NCBI GenBank assembly: GCA_002269645.1
Contig: NIVC01000094.1
Location: forward strand, 1-64,000
Length of the DNA stretch: 64,000 nt
Direction: 5' to 3'
Origin: Macrostomum lignano
Lineage: Eukaryota
In this document: one piece after another, positions 60,206 to 64,000 of the stretch
Layout: every line of letters starts with the position of its first letter
Position numbering within the stretch: position 1 is the first letter of the stretch
Notes under the pieces: model-generated
The model's input: the letters and a program-made list of their open reading frames with translations, nothing else
What the model was told of the DNA's origin: nothing
The model's database searches: none
Translations under genes and position numbers: made by a program

Positions 60206-62009
60206 CCATTTCTTAGGCCTAATATTATGGCGGCACTGTTTAGATCTGGGATTTCGATGTCGAAGGGTTAACACCACCTATTTTTCACTAGTTCACACAG
60301 TACCCCGGTATAAATGTAAAAGCAAAAAAATCCCCAAAGATGACAAAAATATTTATTTATCCCAAAGGTAGCTCAAAGCTATTCAAGGCTCCCCAGCTCA
60401 CACAGCCTGTTGAGCAGGAGACACTCCTGAAGTCAGGCAGGCGGGGAGAAGATGCAGCTTGAGTGACGCAGGGGTTTCAATAGAAAGTTGAGGCGTTTGT
60501 TGCCAGCCACCACTGCAGTTGATGGAGAGAGTCGGTAGGCGGGCAGAACAGTGTGAAAGTGAAATTGAGAACTGCAGGCAATTCCGTGGGGAGCCGTGCA
60601 GGTTATGCTTTTAAGGAGCTGCATGAAGCATTGTCTCAAGCACTGCACTGATCAGTCAGTCAGAACTGTGCTCAGCCTCTCTTCACCTGCTGCAGCTTCT
60701 CTCTCTCTTCTGCTCACTTCTGACCTCTTCAAAGCCAAACTCTTCATATCTGTGCTCGCCTTGTGAGGCTCGGAGTTTCTACCTCAGCAGTGAAAGCTGC
60801 TGGCTGAGTTGCGCAAATTCCGACTTTCTCTTCTCTCGCGCCTGCTTCCGCATGCTTGCAGAAGCAAACTGCCAGGCAATATCCCTTGCCCTGTTGTTGC
60901 AGTCTCCAGGCAGCTCCGCGGGCTGAGTCCAAAACCAGCCGCCCCCCCCCCTCCGACACTCGGTGAAACTCTGCATGGCTGCTATAGCCCCGTTTTTCAT
61001 TAATTCATTCTTTCTTTCTTTTACCTGTATGGCACATTGCTTTGTTGCTGTCTGCTACTAGGAGAGATGGGGCGGAGCTGCTAATTAATTAGTCAGCCCC
61101 CGGTCTGGCGGGAGCAAATGCGCCGCTCTCTGCAAAGTGGAAAGTGAGAGTATATGATGGGGTGCCACGGACTTCTTCCAGGAGATGTCGGAGGCCGCTC
61201 TTGGCACTGCGAGGCGCGGGGCTGAGAGGCCTGCATGCTGTGAGAGACAAGCGATGGAACAGGGGGGGGGGTTTAAACTAACAGAAATTCAATTGTGGCT
61301 GCCTGGCACGGAGCTGCAGCTATCAATAAGCTGCTACCCCGCCGCCATGCTAGCACGGAGGCAAGTGGGGCCCGGCAAGGATGGAGGGCCGGAAGAGTTC
61401 ACAATTTGGAAACAATTCGTCAGGAAGCTGTACAGAGAGGCTCACAGATGGGTTCTCACTGAATTCCGGAGCCCCCCCCCCAATTAGCCTGGCCCGTACC
61501 GTTACGGTCTCGCGTGAGCCGTCTGCAGGGCAAGCGGACGGACACCGCTCAGCGGAAGACAATGGCTGGGGGATAAGCGAGGCCCGGGCCGATCCAAGTG
61601 AAGCATCGGGGAAGCTTCATCAGAGTAGAGCGGAAACGGGAGAATCGCCAGCCATTGTTGCTTGGGCCGGCGCTTCCGATCCCATTTTGCTGCCTGCCCC
61701 CCCCCCCGCCTGGCTCTAATTGCTCTCGAATAAGCCGCACAGAACAGCAGCCCTTCTTGTCCGGGATTGGGATTGCTGAAAGAGATCAGATGGAGAGCTG
61801 AGGCTGCGGATCCCGCCAGTTCTGTTGGTGGATCTTGGAAGATGCGTCACGCGCCCGCCTCCCCCTCCGTGTCTCTTGCTGTTGATTGACAGCCGTCCGT
61901 GCTCCAGGGGCATTGTGAAAGAGTAGGCAGCTCTGAATCTGCCCCAGTGAGTGACTTTGCACCTTCTACGGCCTCAACTCATGCTCCCCCCTTGCCCGCC
62001 CGCTCCCAG

Positions 62010-62704
62010 GTGAAAATCTGGTTTCAGAACCATCGCTACAAGTGCAAGCGCGCCTCCAAGGACAAGAGCGGCGGCGGCGGCGGCGGCGGCGACACCAGCA
62101 GCCTGAACACGTCCAAGGACTCGAACTCCAGCTCGGGCGGCCACAACCACCGCTCGCCCAAGGCCGGCGGGCCGCACGTGAAAAGTGAAAAATCCGGCGG
62201 CGGACATCCGCAGCACCAGCTGCACCATCAGCACCAGCTGCAGCACCATCCCGGCTCTGCTTCGTCTATCGACCGGGCCGCGGCCGCTGCCGCTGCTGCA
62301 GCGGCTGCCGCGGCAGCTGCCGCCGCCTCTGGAGACCTCGCCGGCGGAGGAGCTGGAGGCGTCAGCGGCGCCGGCAGCGGCGGAGCCGGGCAGCTGGGCC
62401 TGGAGCACCATCACCTGCACCACCACCTGCACCACAAGCAGACGGGCGACGGCAAGCTGTCGGAGAACAGCGGCCTGTCCACCCCGCCGGAGTTCACTGC
62501 CACAACGTCGCCGCACTTCGGCCACCACCTGCAGCAGCAGCAGCAGTTGGCTCAGCAGCAGCAGCAGCAGCACCCCACGCGCAGCAGCTGATGCAGCAGC
62601 ACCAGATGCATCACCCGATGCACCACCCTGGAGCCGCGGCCGCCGCAGCCGCCGGCGCCGCCGCTTTCCCAATGCTCGGCGCCTCCAGGCAGGGCGTCTG
62701 GTAG
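62010..62704 (+). CDS. NKX2-1: NK2.1-class homeobox transcription factor, exon 3 (helix 3, Ala/Gly/His/Gln-rich tail); one inferred 1-nt deletion near 62575
   Basis: CCCAG|GTG AAA ATC TGG gives VKIWFQNHRYKCKR (NK2 Tyr54). As given, the frame stops at 62591. Restoring one C in CACCCCACG extends it to ...HHPGAAAAAAAGAAAFPMLGASRQGVW* (62704), matching the GRxW-type C-terminus of NK2.1 proteins. Confidence 0.9.
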
Positions 62705-64000
62705 GCGCCTGGTGCACCACGAAGGCTGCCGGCCGGCGCATCCAGCCGGGAGATTCCAATGCAAACCCCAATCAGCTCTCTTTCTGACTGAGCCGAACTC
62801 AACCGTTCTGTGTGCCCCGCACAGAGCCCCCTCTCTTGTTCTGTCATCGGCCTCCCAAACCTATATAAGCTTCATCAGTAGTTTTTATTTGATTTGCTTC
62901 ATTTGTCTGTCCGATTTCTGTAAAACTGGACACTGCAGTTGCACCCAATGCCCCCTACCTACGCGTCTCAATGCACACCTGCGGCCGGAGATCTACCTGT
63001 CCATGCTTATGCCTGTAAGTGTACATACCGCGGGCAGCGTCTGTCGTACGTAGATTATAAACACAACTATATATGCTAATCGAGCACCTGCAACGCCCAA
63101 TGCACATCTGTTTGAATTCAACCCTCAAGCCTGTTGCAGAAGAGAAATCCCACAGAACGAAAATATCCCCCTGTACCGCTTCTTGCTTGGAAAACTTTAT
63201 CCTTAATTGTTGCTATTGCTATTATGCTAAAAACCTGCTTCATTCTCAGTGTCTGTCCGTTGCCCTTCGCTGCGTGTTCTTGGAATATCCTGTCTAAATT
63301 ATACCAACTCGAACTAATACAAATCCTATCAATTCAAAATGCTTCAATGCCATCGTGGAAGTGTGCAAGTCTCCATCAAGTATGCGTTTGTTTCTGCTTT
63401 TTTTTAACTATGAAAAATTGAAGCAGATATAAAAGCAGCAAAACGGGTATATTTAAGCGAATTCAATTTGACAACTCAGACAGCACAATACAAATTGAGA
63501 TTAAGATAGTGAGCAGGCAGTTTGCTGAGTATAAAATGAATGCGGCACAGCCCCCAATGCCCCTACTGCTGCTTGCTTCTCTCAAGCTCTTCTTATCCAT
63601 GCTGAGCCAGTCTCAGACCTTTGCCGCCTTCGCGCACTCAACCCGACCTGCTCAGCAGCTCCCAGCGGGAGGTCCCTCTTATGCTCGATTGTCTCTGGCT
63701 CGAGAGTTCACCGCAGTTCACCAGGAGTGCCGCCCCCCCCCCCAGTTAGAGTCCCTATCTCAACAGCGAGCCCTGGCATGCTGGTATGGCAACCGCTGTT
63801 GTGCGCGGCGAGATGCTTTTCAGATACAGAGAGGGGGAGCGCGCAGAGGCTCTGGCTGTGGCTGCCTGCTCAACAATAACTAAGCATTGAGTTTGAGGCT
63901 TTGAGCAGCTCGGCCAGGGCCGGGGCCGAGCATCGAGTGACGTCACAGCAGGGGGAGGGGAGGAGCAGAGGCGGGAGAGAGGCAGGAGGGCACGCGCCCC

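Noticed and set aside
61974-62771. 265-aa antisense ORF and other ORFs overlapping NKX2-1, LRR, lectin and GT32 exons
   Set aside because: Shadow ORFs expected from GC-rich, stop-poor coding sequence.

Overview
Eukaryotic (animal) genomic DNA with GC-rich exons, GT-AG introns and roughly one third of the window (about 21 kb by my tally) made of about 30 unrelated tandem repeats. The style is reminiscent of the free-living flatworm Macrostomum, which is inference only. Recognisable genes: a frameshifted metabotropic-glutamate-receptor-like class C GPCR (3' part), an LRR single-pass receptor, a secreted PAN/Apple + C-type lectin, a GT32 (DXD) glycosyltransferase, MRPL36 and a three-exon NKX2-1/TTF-1 homeobox gene. 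The most novel signal is four small or modular single-pass membrane proteins (at 5.7, 15, 25 and 34 kb). They appear to share an unnamed juxtamembrane motif, F-x4-C-x(5-12)-C-x-R-x-[WYF]-x3-F-[YF]-TM. Two are clear paralogs with a poly-Cys stretch, a conserved intron and a PY-type tail, and one carries eleven 25-aa Arg/Tyr/Pro repeats. Mobile DNA includes a foldback element with a perfect 9-bp TSD, nested MITEs inside an intronic minisatellite, a Crypton-like fragment, a LINE remnant and tRNA-derived SINEs. Several genes are broken by single-base deletions, probably assembly errors. Most long ORFs in the supplied track are artefacts of tandem repeats.
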